Shown here: piece by piece, positions 39,314-49,997 of the stretch
How the letters are laid out: each line of letters begins with the position of its first letter
Numbering within the stretch: the first letter of the stretch is position 1
Assembly (NCBI GenBank): GCA_964575955.1
Contig: CAZNTG010000010.1
Span: forward strand, 1-56,085
Length of the DNA: 56,085 nucleotides
Direction of reading: 5' to 3'
Source of the DNA: an uncultured Thermoproteaceae archaeon
GTDB lineage: Archaea; Thermoproteota; Thermoprotei; Thermoproteales; Thermocladiaceae
Notes under the pieces: generated by a model
What the model saw: only the letters and a program-made list of their open reading frames with translations
Told to the model about the DNA's origin: nothing
Databases searched by the model: none
Made by a program: the position numbers and the translations under genes

Positions 39314-41257
39314 GTGTCTCTTTTAGAGTTGTTAAGAAACAACTTCATAATAGGGATAGACATAGTTAAACCTGGCGTATATGCATATGCAGTATCTATA
39401 AATGGTCTAGTAGTTGATAGAGGTATTGTATCAGATACAGAATTGTTGAAGTTAGTGAAGAAGTATAGACCTCTAGTAATTGCTATAGATAATCTTAGAG
39501 AACTTCTAGATATTGGAAAACTATTCATTAAAAAACTTAGTAAATTACCATTTACAGTACATATAGTACAGGTAACTAGACTAAATAATGGTATTGAGAT
39601 TAGTACAGAACAGCTAGCTAGAGAATATCTAGGTATAGATGTTCAAAAATTAGATCCACAAAGTACTGCAGAAATATTAACAAGACTAGTATTAAAGGGT
39701 ATTGGATCAATAGTAAAAATATACGAACCTGAGACTAAGATTGTAATAAAGTCTAAATTAGGAACAAAAGAAGGTGGTATGAGTCGTGTTAGATATGAGA
39801 GAAATGTTAGACATAGAATTAAACAGCTTGTTGAAGAAATTTCTAAAAAACTAGATCAGGAAGGTCTTGACTATGATCTATTCTTTACAGATTCTGAAGG
39901 TATTAAATCTGCAACATTTATAGTATATGCAGATAAGAGTATAGTGAGAAGAATTGTAAGACCATTCAAAAGTATGGATGTCTCAGTAAGTATTGAACAA
40001 GTTATTAGTGATTCAATAAAATTCTCATCATTAACAGGAGAGGAGAAGTATGAAGTTAAGCCAAGTGATAGATATCTGATAGTTGGTGTAGATCCAGGAA
40101 TAGTAACAGGAATAGCAATTCTAGATCTAAATGGTAGAGTACTAGCACTTCATAGTGGTAGAAATTTGAGTAGAAGAAAAGTTCTAGACATAGTATATAG
40201 ATATGGAACACCAATCATAATAGCCACAGACGTATCTAAAGTTCCTGAATATGTTAAAAAGTTGTCATCTATGACAAATAGTATACTATACGTACCAGAA
40301 AGAGATCTTCAAGTTATTGAGAAGAGTGATATAGTATCTAAAATTTGTCAAGAACAGAAAATACAGGTTAAAGATCCACATCAAAGAGATGCGTTAGCAG
40401 CAGCATACAAAGCATATCAAGCATATAAGAACAAGCTTGACAAAGTTCAGGAAGAGTTGAAAAAGTTGAATATACCCATATCTGTAGAAGAAGTTAAAGC
40501 ATTAGTCATACGTGGATATACTATACGTCAAGCAATTGAACATATATTAAATAGAATGAAGAAGAGTGGTGAGTATAAGGTAATTGTTGTAAAAGAACAA
40601 GATAGAGTACAATCACAAAAAGTTGAAGAACTTGAAAGAAGAGTGAAGATGCTAGAACAAGAAATTGAAAAACTTGAAGAAGAACGTAGAAGACTTGAAG
40701 AAAAATTGAATGAAGCTATAGATAGAGCATACATAGAGGCTAGGAGAGATATAATGGTAAGATCTCTAGAAGCTAGAATCATGCAACTAGAATCAGAAAT
40801 TGAGAAGTATAAGAAGAAGATTTCAGATCTAGATTCAGAACTGTCAAAAGTTCAGAAAATGTTTGAAAAAGTTTTACTAGAAGATAACCTAATTATAATA
40901 CCAAGATTAGACATATTTTATAAATCTAAAATTAGAGAAGATATAGCATACACATATTCTATAACTGATATATCGCAATTAGAAAATCTTAAAGATATAA
41001 ATATCATAGTTGTAGAATGTGAAATATCTGAAAAAATTCAGAGAAAAGCATGGATAACATACTCAAAAGTCATAATACCAATAAAGATGTTAAATGTGAA
41101 GTATAGAATATCTGATAAATTTATAATAGTTGATAGAGATGAATTATATAGAGTTAAGGAAGATATAATTAACAAGTTAAGTCATGAGGTTACAGAGGAG
41201 AAATTAGAAAAATTATTACAAGAGTATAGATATTTAAGATCTAGAATATATACTTGA
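39314..41257 (+). CDS. DUF460 (COG2433) RNase H-fold plus coiled-coil protein
   Basis: GIDI, GGMS..RY, IVGVDPG, ATDV, HQRDALAAA, coiled coil. Confidence 0.88.
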   Translation: MSLLELLRNNFIIGIDIVKPGVYAYAVSINGLVVDRGIVSDTELLKLVKKYRPLVIAIDNLRELLDIGKLFIKKLSKLPFTVHIVQVTRLNNGIEISTEQLAREYLGIDVQKLDPQSTAEILTRLVLKGIGSIVKIYEPETKIVIKSKLGTKEGGMSRVRYERNVRHRIKQLVEEISKKLDQEGLDYDLFFTDSEGIKSATFIVYADKSIVRRIVRPFKSMDVSVSIEQVISDSIKFSSLTGEEKYEVKPSDRYLIVGVDPGIVTGIAILDLNGRVLALHSGRNLSRRKVLDIVYRYGTPIIIATDVSKVPEYVKKLSSMTNSILYVPERDLQVIEKSDIVSKICQEQKIQVKDPHQRDALAAAYKAYQAYKNKLDKVQEELKKLNIPISVEEVKALVIRGYTIRQAIEHILNRMKKSGEYKVIVVKEQDRVQSQKVEELERRVKMLEQEIEKLEEERRRLEEKLNEAIDRAYIEARRDIMVRSLEARIMQLESEIEKYKKKISDLDSELSKVQKMFEKVLLEDNLIIIPRLDIFYKSKIREDIAYTYSITDISQLENLKDINIIVVECEISEKIQRKAWITYSKVIIPIKMLNVKYRISDKFIIVDRDELYRVKEDIINKLSHEVTEEKLEKLLQEYRYLRSRIYT

Positions 41258-41261
41258 AAAC

Positions 41262-42089
41262 TTAGATATTATATACAACCCAAGTATACATGTAGCTTAG
41301 CTGTGGTATGTACACTATACCATACAGGAACAGTAGTGTTAAGATTTTCATAATGGCCAATACTATAGCTAAGCTTAGAGATATCACAATTATAGATTTA
41401 TCAACAATGCTTAATCTATCATTAATATTATAAACTTCACGAGCTTTTAAGTATCCTCTATATATTAACGCTAGCGTTAATGTATATGATCTTCTAATTA
41501 TTTGTGCTGTTAATGGAATTATTATATGTTTTACAATTTTTATAGGATTTCTATACCTGTATGTTAGTCTGTAGTTTGTAATTATAAGCTTTAGTTCATT
41601 TAGAAATTCATCTAGAAATCTAACTGCAACACCTACAGCAACAGTTACTTTAATATTTTTGAAATATCTTCTCAATATTTTAAAAACTTCAGTATCTGTA
41701 CTAGTCCATGCTACTGATAAGCCTACTAGAATCACGGCTACCATTCTTAGAGATTGTATAAGACCATATATCAATCCTTGATATGTTAGATAGAGTCCTC
41801 CTGTAATCTTTCCAAGTATTGGAAAGTTTTGAGGTATTAATACCAGTATTACTGTCTTTGGTTCTGAACTGTAGAATAATCCTTGTAGTAGTATGAAGCT
41901 CCACATTGTTGGAAATACTATCATAGATGTGAACTTCAATCTATCAACTCCAGGCTTTGATAATAGCCATATAAATAAGCTGAAAAGTGTTAAATATACT
42001 AAATTACTAACTTTATCAAATGTTAACGCTAAAATATTTACCGATAGTAATATTATAAGTCTAGTCAATATATGTAATCTATGAAGCAT
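41262..42089 (-). CDS. ecfT: ECF transporter T component
   Basis: Multi-TM protein with AVRF and IIPL...RS..L..A..YRG coupling-helix motifs. Confidence 0.85.
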   Translation of the reverse strand: MLHRLHILTRLIILLSVNILALTFDKVSNLVYLTLFSLFIWLLSKPGVDRLKFTSMIVFPTMWSFILLQGLFYSSEPKTVILVLIPQNFPILGKITGGLYLTYQGLIYGLIQSLRMVAVILVGLSVAWTSTDTEVFKILRRYFKNIKVTVAVGVAVRFLDEFLNELKLIITNYRLTYRYRNPIKIVKHIIIPLTAQIIRRSYTLTLALIYRGYLKAREVYNINDRLSIVDKSIIVISLSLAIVLAIMKILTLLFLYGIVYIPQLSYMYTWVVYNI

Positions 42090-43803
42090 TTTCTCTCAAG
42101 TATCTATACAAAATATCTAGTAGTTGTCTAGGTCTTATATATACTCCACATCTAGATGCTACACATGCATATTCATTAACTACAAGTCCAACAGTGTCTA
42201 GTATATCTCTTCTCGATAGTATATCTATAGGATTTCCAAAACAAACTATCTTACCATTACTTATGAGTAGTAGCTTATCAACATAATCTATGAGAAAGTT
42301 TGTATCATGAGTAACTATAATCACAATTTTAGACTTATCTTTAACATAGTTTCTCAATACTTCACCTAAAACTTCTATACATTCCTCATCCTGACCTACA
42401 GTAGGTTCATCTAGTAGAAGTATATCAGGATCGTAGGCAAATATTGATGCTATAGCAACTCTAAATCTCTGACCTCTAGATAATGAATGTGGACATCTAT
42501 GCAATAGGTTGTCTATATTAAATATCTTTGAAATTTCTAAAACCCTTCTCTTAGCATCATTAACACTTCTATACTTTATTAAAGCTCTTCTAAAAATTTC
42601 TTCATAAACTGTCTCATGCATTAATATCAAATCAGGATTTTGAGGTACAAATCCTACAATACCTCTAATATCATCTATACTTTTAACAATCCTACCATTA
42701 AATATAATCCTACCTTTAAGGTACGGTACCTGTCTTATAATAGCTTTAAGAAGAGTACTCTTACCAGCACCATTGGGTCCTGCAATACCATATACTAGAC
42801 CACCTCTAAATTCAACATTAATATCTTCCAATATCCATAGTATAGATCTCTTAAATCTCTCAATTTTTGCTATATAACCTGCATATAGATTACATATTTT
42901 TAAAGTTGAACAATTATCTTCTAATTCATGATTACTACCCAACATATATCTATTTCTCACAATGTTTAACACCTTCTCTACAGGCTTGTAATCCGTGTAT
43001 TTTTCAATATTTTCACCTAGTAATTTACTAACTTCTAGATTTATTGGTATTGAGATACCTAATTTTTTAAGATTTTCAATATTTTCATATATTTCATATG
43101 GATTTAATATATTTACTATCTTGTGATTATGGAGTATCACTATCCTATCTATCAGATTATCTTCTATAAATCTTACAACCTCTCTAAATCTATGTTCTAT
43201 AAGTATTGTTGTTTTACCACTACTCTTCAATATTTGTAAAATATTTTTAAATTCTCTACAACTTCTTGAATCTAGATGTGCTAGTGGTTCGTCAAGTATG
43301 ACTATTTTTGGATCTATTGCTAATATGCATGATATTGCTACTTTCTGAACTTCACCACCAGAGAGTTCACTAACTTTTTTATATTTTAAATTTTCTATAT
43401 TCAATATCTTCAATAATTTATCAATATCTTCTTCATTTGCTACTCCTTTAATATTTTCTAAAACTGTCTTAATTTCATCTATAACTTTAGTAAATATTAT
43501 TTGATCATATGGTGATTGTGCTAGATATGTTACTACGTGTATTATGCTGTTAATATCTTCTACTCTTGGATCAATATCACATACTTTTACTATACCTTTA
43601 ACATAGGCTTTCTCGATATGTGGAATTACACCACTTATCACTTTTCCCAGTGTTGATTTTCCTGATCCTGATTTTCCAAGTATTAATACTGTCTCTCCTT
43701 CATATAGCTCAAGTTCATCTACTGTTAGTGCTGATTCGCTCGATGATGGATATCTTACTTCTAGATTCTTAATTTCTAAGATTGGCTTATTCATGAATAA
43801 CAC
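42079..43803 (-). CDS. ECF transporter fused double ATPase
   Basis: Two ABC domains: GKSGSGKST/LSGGE/LDEP and GPNGAGKST/LSRGQ/LDEPTVGQD. Confidence 0.9.
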   Translation of the reverse strand: MLFMNKPILEIKNLEVRYPSSSESALTVDELELYEGETVLILGKSGSGKSTLGKVISGVIPHIEKAYVKGIVKVCDIDPRVEDINSIIHVVTYLAQSPYDQIIFTKVIDEIKTVLENIKGVANEEDIDKLLKILNIENLKYKKVSELSGGEVQKVAISCILAIDPKIVILDEPLAHLDSRSCREFKNILQILKSSGKTTILIEHRFREVVRFIEDNLIDRIVILHNHKIVNILNPYEIYENIENLKKLGISIPINLEVSKLLGENIEKYTDYKPVEKVLNIVRNRYMLGSNHELEDNCSTLKICNLYAGYIAKIERFKRSILWILEDINVEFRGGLVYGIAGPNGAGKSTLLKAIIRQVPYLKGRIIFNGRIVKSIDDIRGIVGFVPQNPDLILMHETVYEEIFRRALIKYRSVNDAKRRVLEISKIFNIDNLLHRCPHSLSRGQRFRVAIASIFAYDPDILLLDEPTVGQDEECIEVLGEVLRNYVKDKSKIVIIVTHDTNFLIDYVDKLLLISNGKIVCFGNPIDILSRRDILDTVGLVVNEYACVASRCGVYIRPRQLLDILYRYLRENAS

Positions 43804-45301
43804 TTCTCAAGTAGATACTTAATCTTAACCCAAGTATGAATCCTATAATTGAGTATATTGTCATTCCCACAACGTACATAGATACATACCAATCTGCATA
43901 GAATAGTCTATATAGAGTCATGTATAGCATAAGATCAACATAGTTATCTATAAATGTTGCAGGTATGAAGCTTAGAATACTTCTAACAGTATTCAATTTA
44001 CCTTCTCCATATGCTCTAAAAATTATGAAGAAAAGTTCGTAAAACATTGCTGTAGTAGATACCCAAAGTAATGATAGTATACTCATTCTACCAAAATAGA
44101 GCACGTTCAGGATCCATGTAACAAACATTATTATAGCAAACGTACCATATCTAGGTCTTAGCGATATTGCAATTCCATAATACATCATTCTAAGAATATC
44201 ATAAAACAATCCCCATAACACCCAGTCAAAAGGACCTAATATTGATGCTATACCCCAAATCATATATCCTGGAATTACAGCCGTTACAAATATTAGACAG
44301 CTAATTAATGCACATGTAACTAACTCTTTAATATTAATATTTCTAAATGACTTTACTAGAAGTATTATGAATATTGGAATTGCTACAAGTCCTGAGAATA
44401 GTACAAGTATTAATGCAATTTTTTCAAGACATATAATCTTTATTGTATATACTTTCTTAAGTATTGGAGTATTACTTCCATATGGATATACATATATTAC
44501 AACTCTATACTTACCAACTATTCTTAGAGGATCTTTATATGTCCAAAGTTGTATAATCTCTCTACTATTACCTTCAATACCTTCAAGAGTTATTATTCCA
44601 GCTTTTACACCAAATTGAGCACTTTCAGGACTAACTGAGAGTATTGGTGCAAGTTTTCCATTTGGAGTTTCTATAAGTATTACAACTGTGTAATATCCAC
44701 TACCTATCAATCTTATACACATGAATCCTATAAAGTGTGGATGTACTTTTCCTGTAAATCCTGATACAATTTTTAATATTGGATTTATACTTCCAGGAAC
44801 TATGACATAAGTATACTTTTCAAGTTTTGTATTAAATTTACATAATGAGTCTGATGGAGCAATCAATTCTACATCAATCTTCTCTGTACGATTTACTTCA
44901 ATTATCCTATACGTGCTATATTCATAGTCTGTACATCTAACATGTAGATAAAGTATACAGTTATGTTTTGTTGTTATTACTTGAAATTGAACTACTTTCG
45001 ATATGTGTAATATTGGTAATGTTAAAATCTTTTCAATATATGTCGTATTTCTATTATTGTAAATCAGTATACATCCTCTTGATCTTAAATATACTTTACA
45101 TATTTCTGATTTTGTTGTATTTGATTCAAGTATTACATAACCATTAACTATCTGGTTTGGAGGTATGTATATTATCTTCTTGCTTATTCCCGGAGGTATT
45201 TGTAAATTAACTATTACTGGTATAGCTTTTAATGTAGTGTTTAATATTAAGAATGTTAGTACTAGTAGAGATATTATGTTTAATATTTTAATGCTCTTCA
45301 C
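43787..45301 (-). CDS. Membrane protein with large extracellular domain and C-terminal S-component-like TM bundle
   Basis: Signal peptide, about 270-aa soluble beta-rich region, then about 7 TM helices including LRPRYG and LYRLFYADWY. Confidence 0.7.
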   Translation of the reverse strand: MKSIKILNIISLLVLTFLILNTTLKAIPVIVNLQIPPGISKKIIYIPPNQIVNGYVILESNTTKSEICKVYLRSRGCILIYNNRNTTYIEKILTLPILHISKVVQFQVITTKHNCILYLHVRCTDYEYSTYRIIEVNRTEKIDVELIAPSDSLCKFNTKLEKYTYVIVPGSINPILKIVSGFTGKVHPHFIGFMCIRLIGSGYYTVVILIETPNGKLAPILSVSPESAQFGVKAGIITLEGIEGNSREIIQLWTYKDPLRIVGKYRVVIYVYPYGSNTPILKKVYTIKIICLEKIALILVLFSGLVAIPIFIILLVKSFRNINIKELVTCALISCLIFVTAVIPGYMIWGIASILGPFDWVLWGLFYDILRMMYYGIAISLRPRYGTFAIIMFVTWILNVLYFGRMSILSLLWVSTTAMFYELFFIIFRAYGEGKLNTVRSILSFIPATFIDNYVDLMLYMTLYRLFYADWYVSMYVVGMTIYSIIGFILGLRLSIYLRSVIHE

Positions 45302-45305
45302 GGTC

Positions 45306-47114
45306 TTAGGATGTGACTATTTTGTATACTCTTAACCTATATTCACCAACTATATGCATTGGCTGTGTTGGTGATTTAGCAGTATTTACAAGTCCTGTAA
45401 GTATGAATATCTTAGAGTCGTATGCTGACACATCTACAGGTATTCCAAGACCTTTCAATACTGTCAATATTCTCAATACTCTACGTGGTTTACCACATAC
45501 ATCCCATACATATACACCACTTAGAGATGCATCTCTACTAACCCAATTTATACCAATACTACCAACTAGGTAACATCCTGTGAGTACGAATGGTCTAACT
45601 TTACCATATGTAGGTTCACCATAGAAGCAGTCTATGTATACTAGATCTCCATTATTCAGTGTAAATACGAACAGTTTTGTACTGTTTGGATGTAATTCTA
45701 TTGGTCTTTTAAGATATCCTGGAGTCCAACCTACAGAATATGTACTGCCAGTATATACAATAACGTACTTATCTGTAACTGCTGCAAGACCTGCATATGT
45801 GTATATGTATGTCTTAACTATCTTCATCTTCAAACCTTTATGTAGTGGTATCATTATTGCTTCAGTCTGTAAGAACTGTACTATACTTCTCTTCCATACA
45901 ATTACAGGTCTCTTCTCTTCAATACTCTTCAAATTATCTAGAACATATATCCTACCTTCACCTGTAACAACTATCAAATACTTACCATTATCAGCAAATG
46001 AAAGACCATTCCATATGGTTGTGTGATTTATGTATGGTATTGGTGGTGTTGGTGAAAATGTGTATAGTGTCTTTCCACTATAGGCATCTATAACCCATAC
46101 TTTACCCATGTGATATTCAACAGGATTCTTAGCATATACTCCCCAAAATGATGCAGCTGCTAGATATCTACCGTTTCTAGATATTGCAAGTATAGGTATG
46201 TCAATATATGCAGGATGTTCTCTAGGCCATACCCAAACTACTCTATGATGTACTATGTCTATAGCAACTATCCTAGACCAATATTTGCTTGTCCAAGTTG
46301 TTACATAGTAGTGTCTATACTTCTTAGCAATTTCAGGATATATCTTCGCTAAATCGTACCTAACTAAGGTATATACAGCATATTGAGTTTTTGGATTAAC
46401 ATATCTCTCGACAACTGTTACATATATTATAGAGCCATTAGGACTTAAAACTATGTAATATGGAACAACTCCAAGCCATGGATTTTTAATAATTGTCTGA
46501 ACTGTCGCATTTGATGGTCCTTTAACAAATTTGTCGAGTTCTAAACTCCATACAATTTTCCAAGTCTTAGTATCGTATATTTGTAGAATTCCTCTTCTAC
46601 ACCATACACCAACAATCATGTATTTTCCATCAGGTGTAAATCTTATAGTTCTAGGAATTTCACCTAGTGGAAATACAATCTTCTTAATAAGACTGCCTGT
46701 ATCTGCATTAAAGATATATAACTCTCCTTTAACAGTACCAACAACAACATACTTACCATCTGGAGATACTGTAACATATCCTTCAAAAAATGTCCACCAT
46801 GTCCAAACTCTGTAGTATATGCCATTTCTAATAAGCCAACTACGCGATATCAATATTGGTGATTGCCATATCAATTCTGCTCTAGGAGTAACAACTTTAA
46901 CCTTTGTTATAACTTTCGGAACGCTAGTAATTGTCTTATTAATACTTACAACATGTCTAGGTTTTACATATCTAGTAGGTTTATAGACATATAATATTGT
47001 TAATACTATAGCTATGATAATTACTACGATACCTATAGCTATGCCAACTTTGGTCTTTGAAACCATGAATGATAGATTATTTAGTAATCTATTAAGTATT
47101 ACGATAGGAGACAT
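45306..47114 (-). CDS. Membrane-anchored beta-propeller (WD40/PQQ-like) protein
   Basis: N-terminal TM helix (start perhaps 47066); repeated SPDGKY, TPDGKY, SPNGS, SRNGRY, ADNGKY blades. Confidence 0.82.
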   Translation of the reverse strand: MSPIVILNRLLNNLSFMVSKTKVGIAIGIVVIIIAIVLTILYVYKPTRYVKPRHVVSINKTITSVPKVITKVKVVTPRAELIWQSPILISRSWLIRNGIYYRVWTWWTFFEGYVTVSPDGKYVVVGTVKGELYIFNADTGSLIKKIVFPLGEIPRTIRFTPDGKYMIVGVWCRRGILQIYDTKTWKIVWSLELDKFVKGPSNATVQTIIKNPWLGVVPYYIVLSPNGSIIYVTVVERYVNPKTQYAVYTLVRYDLAKIYPEIAKKYRHYYVTTWTSKYWSRIVAIDIVHHRVVWVWPREHPAYIDIPILAISRNGRYLAAASFWGVYAKNPVEYHMGKVWVIDAYSGKTLYTFSPTPPIPYINHTTIWNGLSFADNGKYLIVVTGEGRIYVLDNLKSIEEKRPVIVWKRSIVQFLQTEAIMIPLHKGLKMKIVKTYIYTYAGLAAVTDKYVIVYTGSTYSVGWTPGYLKRPIELHPNSTKLFVFTLNNGDLVYIDCFYGEPTYGKVRPFVLTGCYLVGSIGINWVSRDASLSGVYVWDVCGKPRRVLRILTVLKGLGIPVDVSAYDSKIFILTGLVNTAKSPTQPMHIVGEYRLRVYKIVTS

Positions 47115-47122
47115 TAGTAGAG

Positions 47123-48070
47123 CTATAGTACGTATATTGCCATTAGTAGAGCTAGTACATTCGTGAATAGGCTAGTACATAGATCAAACATTATCCATCT
47201 AATAGCTAGTCTAAATCCGAATAATGATGCTCTATATGGAAGATAATGTCTAAAATGTACTATAGGTATTGCTATTAAATTTCCTGTAAATATTGTAATA
47301 AATACTTGCTTTAATGTTATAAATCCCTGATTAAAGAATGTTCCTGCTAAGTATAGTGCTGTTAAGAAGTGAAATATTTGAACCATAACAATACTAATCA
47401 TATACGTATTAAAGCCGAAGTATTGGAGAAGTGGTTTTATAAAGTTTGTAATCATGTTAAATATGTTAAATATTATTAATATACATACAACTCCTGTAGC
47501 TATTGAAAATCTTATTGATATTCTTTTAAACATTGATAATGTCTTCTTAAAGCTAGAGTATAGAATTTCTTTTCTACTTCTTCTAACTCTTCTATTATTT
47601 ACAAATCTGTCTATTGGGACTATCTTTCTTCTCTTTGATACATATATTGCATGTATTATAAGTCTTGTAATTGATCTAAATAGTCCAAATGCTAGATATA
47701 TTAAACCTCCAACTACGCTAAGTACTGATATTGCTATTGGAAATCCAAATCTAAGTGTGTCACATAGCTGTGTTATTGGTGATGTTAAGATTAGTATTGG
47801 AAATATATCATCATCACTCAGACTCCTCTCCTCTTTCAATCTTATAAGCATTGTATAGCTTACTGTTGGACTTATAAATGCCATACTTAGACACATTAGG
47901 TATGGTTCAGGTATTTTGAATAGTCTTGCTAGTGGTTTTACAATATTTGAAAGTTTGTTAAATATATCAAGTTCATATAATATATTTACAATTAGTAAAC
48001 TTGTAAATATTAGAGCTAGTACTTCTATAAAAAATCTTAATAATGTCTTAACTATGTATAGACTTTCCAT
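47123..48070 (-). CDS. Nucleoside-recognition (Gate) domain membrane protein
   Basis: Internally duplicated polytopic protein (KPLARLFKIP...AFISP; KPLLQYFG...RHYLP...FG). Confidence 0.7.
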   Translation of the reverse strand: MESLYIVKTLLRFFIEVLALIFTSLLIVNILYELDIFNKLSNIVKPLARLFKIPEPYLMCLSMAFISPTVSYTMLIRLKEERSLSDDDIFPILILTSPITQLCDTLRFGFPIAISVLSVVGGLIYLAFGLFRSITRLIIHAIYVSKRRKIVPIDRFVNNRRVRRSRKEILYSSFKKTLSMFKRISIRFSIATGVVCILIIFNIFNMITNFIKPLLQYFGFNTYMISIVMVQIFHFLTALYLAGTFFNQGFITLKQVFITIFTGNLIAIPIVHFRHYLPYRASLFGFRLAIRWIMFDLCTSLFTNVLALLMAIYVL

Positions 48071-48177
48071 TCTTACTAAGAGAATTTAAGTATCTTCTCA
48101 ATATTTCCCACTTTCAACCATGTACCTACATCTTGAACTAAAGACTTAATTAGTCAGTGTAGTATTATTACAGTAAC

Positions 48178-49290
48178 ATGAGAGAAGCACAGCTATATAA
48201 GTCTATAGGTAATGGAAAGGTTATGTGTCTTGCATGTGCTAGAAGATGTAAGATACCTCCTGGTCTTCATGGTTTTTGTGGTGTTAGATGGAATATTGGT
48301 GGTAAACTATACTTAATGGTTTATGGTCTCATATCTGCAATTGCTGTTGATCCAATAGAGAAGAAGCCACTTTATCAATTCAACCCTGGCTCTATGGTAT
48401 TGTCAATATCTACATTTGGCTGTAATTGGATGTGTAAATTCTGTCAGAATTTTGATATTAGTCAAAGAAGACTTCTAGAAGGATTTCATATAACTCCTGA
48501 AATGCTTGTAGAACTTGCACAATCATATGGTGCACAGGGAATAACATATACCTATAATGAGCCTACAATATTTATAGAATATGCATATGATACAGGAACA
48601 ATAGCTCGAAAAAGTGGACTATTCAACACATTTGTAACTAATGGATATTTCACAGATGAGGCTATAGATCTTCTATCAAAGTTTTTAGATGCTGCTACAG
48701 TAGATATTAAGGGTAATGCAGATCCAAAATTCTTAAGAAGGTATTGTGGTGTTCCAGATTCTGAACCAATATTTCAATCATTAGAAGAGTTGAAGAGGAA
48801 GGGAGTGTTTATAGAAGTTACAGATCTAGTAGTACCACAGATTGGTGATGATCTTAATCAAGCTAGAAAATTGTGTAGATGGATTGTAGAACATCTAGGA
48901 CCTGACACACCAATACACTTCTTAAGATTTCATCCAGATTATGAACTTCTAAATCTACCATGGACACCTATAGAGACACTTGAAGAACATGCAAGAATAG
49001 CTAAAGAGGAAGGTTTGAAGTATGTTTATGTTGGTAATGTTCCTGGTCATCCACTAGAACATACATACTGTCCAAACTGTGGAAAAATAGTAATAAAAAG
49101 ATATGGCTTCGATATACTTGAAGTAAATTTGAAAGAAGATAATAGATGTGCATACTGTGGATATAGATTGAATATTGGTGGTAAAGTTTGGTCAACATGG
49201 AAGCTTGAGAACAGGTTTAGATATATACCAATATCATCATTAACAAGATATGTTAGAATAGATATATCAAGTATAGCTAAGAGAAGTTGA
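48178..49290 (+). CDS. amrS: AmmeMemoRadiSam-system radical SAM enzyme
   Basis: DPIEKKPL, CNWMCKFCQN, YTYNEP, RFHP, YVYVGN, CPNC. Confidence 0.9.
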   Translation: MREAQLYKSIGNGKVMCLACARRCKIPPGLHGFCGVRWNIGGKLYLMVYGLISAIAVDPIEKKPLYQFNPGSMVLSISTFGCNWMCKFCQNFDISQRRLLEGFHITPEMLVELAQSYGAQGITYTYNEPTIFIEYAYDTGTIARKSGLFNTFVTNGYFTDEAIDLLSKFLDAATVDIKGNADPKFLRRYCGVPDSEPIFQSLEELKRKGVFIEVTDLVVPQIGDDLNQARKLCRWIVEHLGPDTPIHFLRFHPDYELLNLPWTPIETLEEHARIAKEEGLKYVYVGNVPGHPLEHTYCPNCGKIVIKRYGFDILEVNLKEDNRCAYCGYRLNIGGKVWSTWKLENRFRYIPISSLTRYVRIDISSIAKRS

Positions 49291-49997
49291 GAATGGTTGA
49301 AATATATGTAGGCACATCAGGATGGGTATACGATTGGAATCCTCAGGGAAAATTTGACTGGTATGTTAAAAATTCTGGACTTAACGCTGTTGAGCTAAAC
49401 TCATCATTTTACAGATTTCCATTTCCAAATCAGGTAAAGTCATGGTTTAATAAAGGTAGAAGTCTTAGATGGTCTATAAAAGTTCACAACTCTATAACAC
49501 ACTTAAGAAAACTTTCTGAAAAAGCATTAGATACTTGGAATAAGTTTTATAATATTTTCAAACCAATGGATTCAATAGTTGATTTTTACCTATTTCAAAT
49601 GCCTCCAAACTTCTCAGCAACTGAGAAGAATATTGAGAGAATTAGAAAGTTTTTTGAAAATACTGGCCTTGGAAGTAGATTTGCAATAGAGTTTAGACAT
49701 AGATCATGGTTTAATGATAACACTGTGAAGTTTTGTGAAAAACTTGGATTAACTTTAGTATCTATAGATGCGCCTATTGGAACGTGGATAGTATCTAGTA
49801 ATGGTATTGTATATTTGAGACTTCATGGTAGAGGTGAGTGGTATGCTTATGAGTATAGTTTTGATGAATTGAAATCTCTAGCTAAGATGATTCTAGATTT
49901 AAGTCCATCTAAGATATATGTATTTTTCAATAATGATCATTGGATGCTTGAAAATGCTAGAACTATGTTAAAGATTTTGAGAGAATTATGTTCTTAA
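49287..49997 (+). CDS. DUF72 protein
   Basis: GTSGW, VELNSSFY, FQMPP, EFRH.SW, YLRLHG, FFNND. Confidence 0.92.
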   Translation: MRMVEIYVGTSGWVYDWNPQGKFDWYVKNSGLNAVELNSSFYRFPFPNQVKSWFNKGRSLRWSIKVHNSITHLRKLSEKALDTWNKFYNIFKPMDSIVDFYLFQMPPNFSATEKNIERIRKFFENTGLGSRFAIEFRHRSWFNDNTVKFCEKLGLTLVSIDAPIGTWIVSSNGIVYLRLHGRGEWYAYEYSFDELKSLAKMILDLSPSKIYVFFNNDHWMLENARTMLKILRELCS

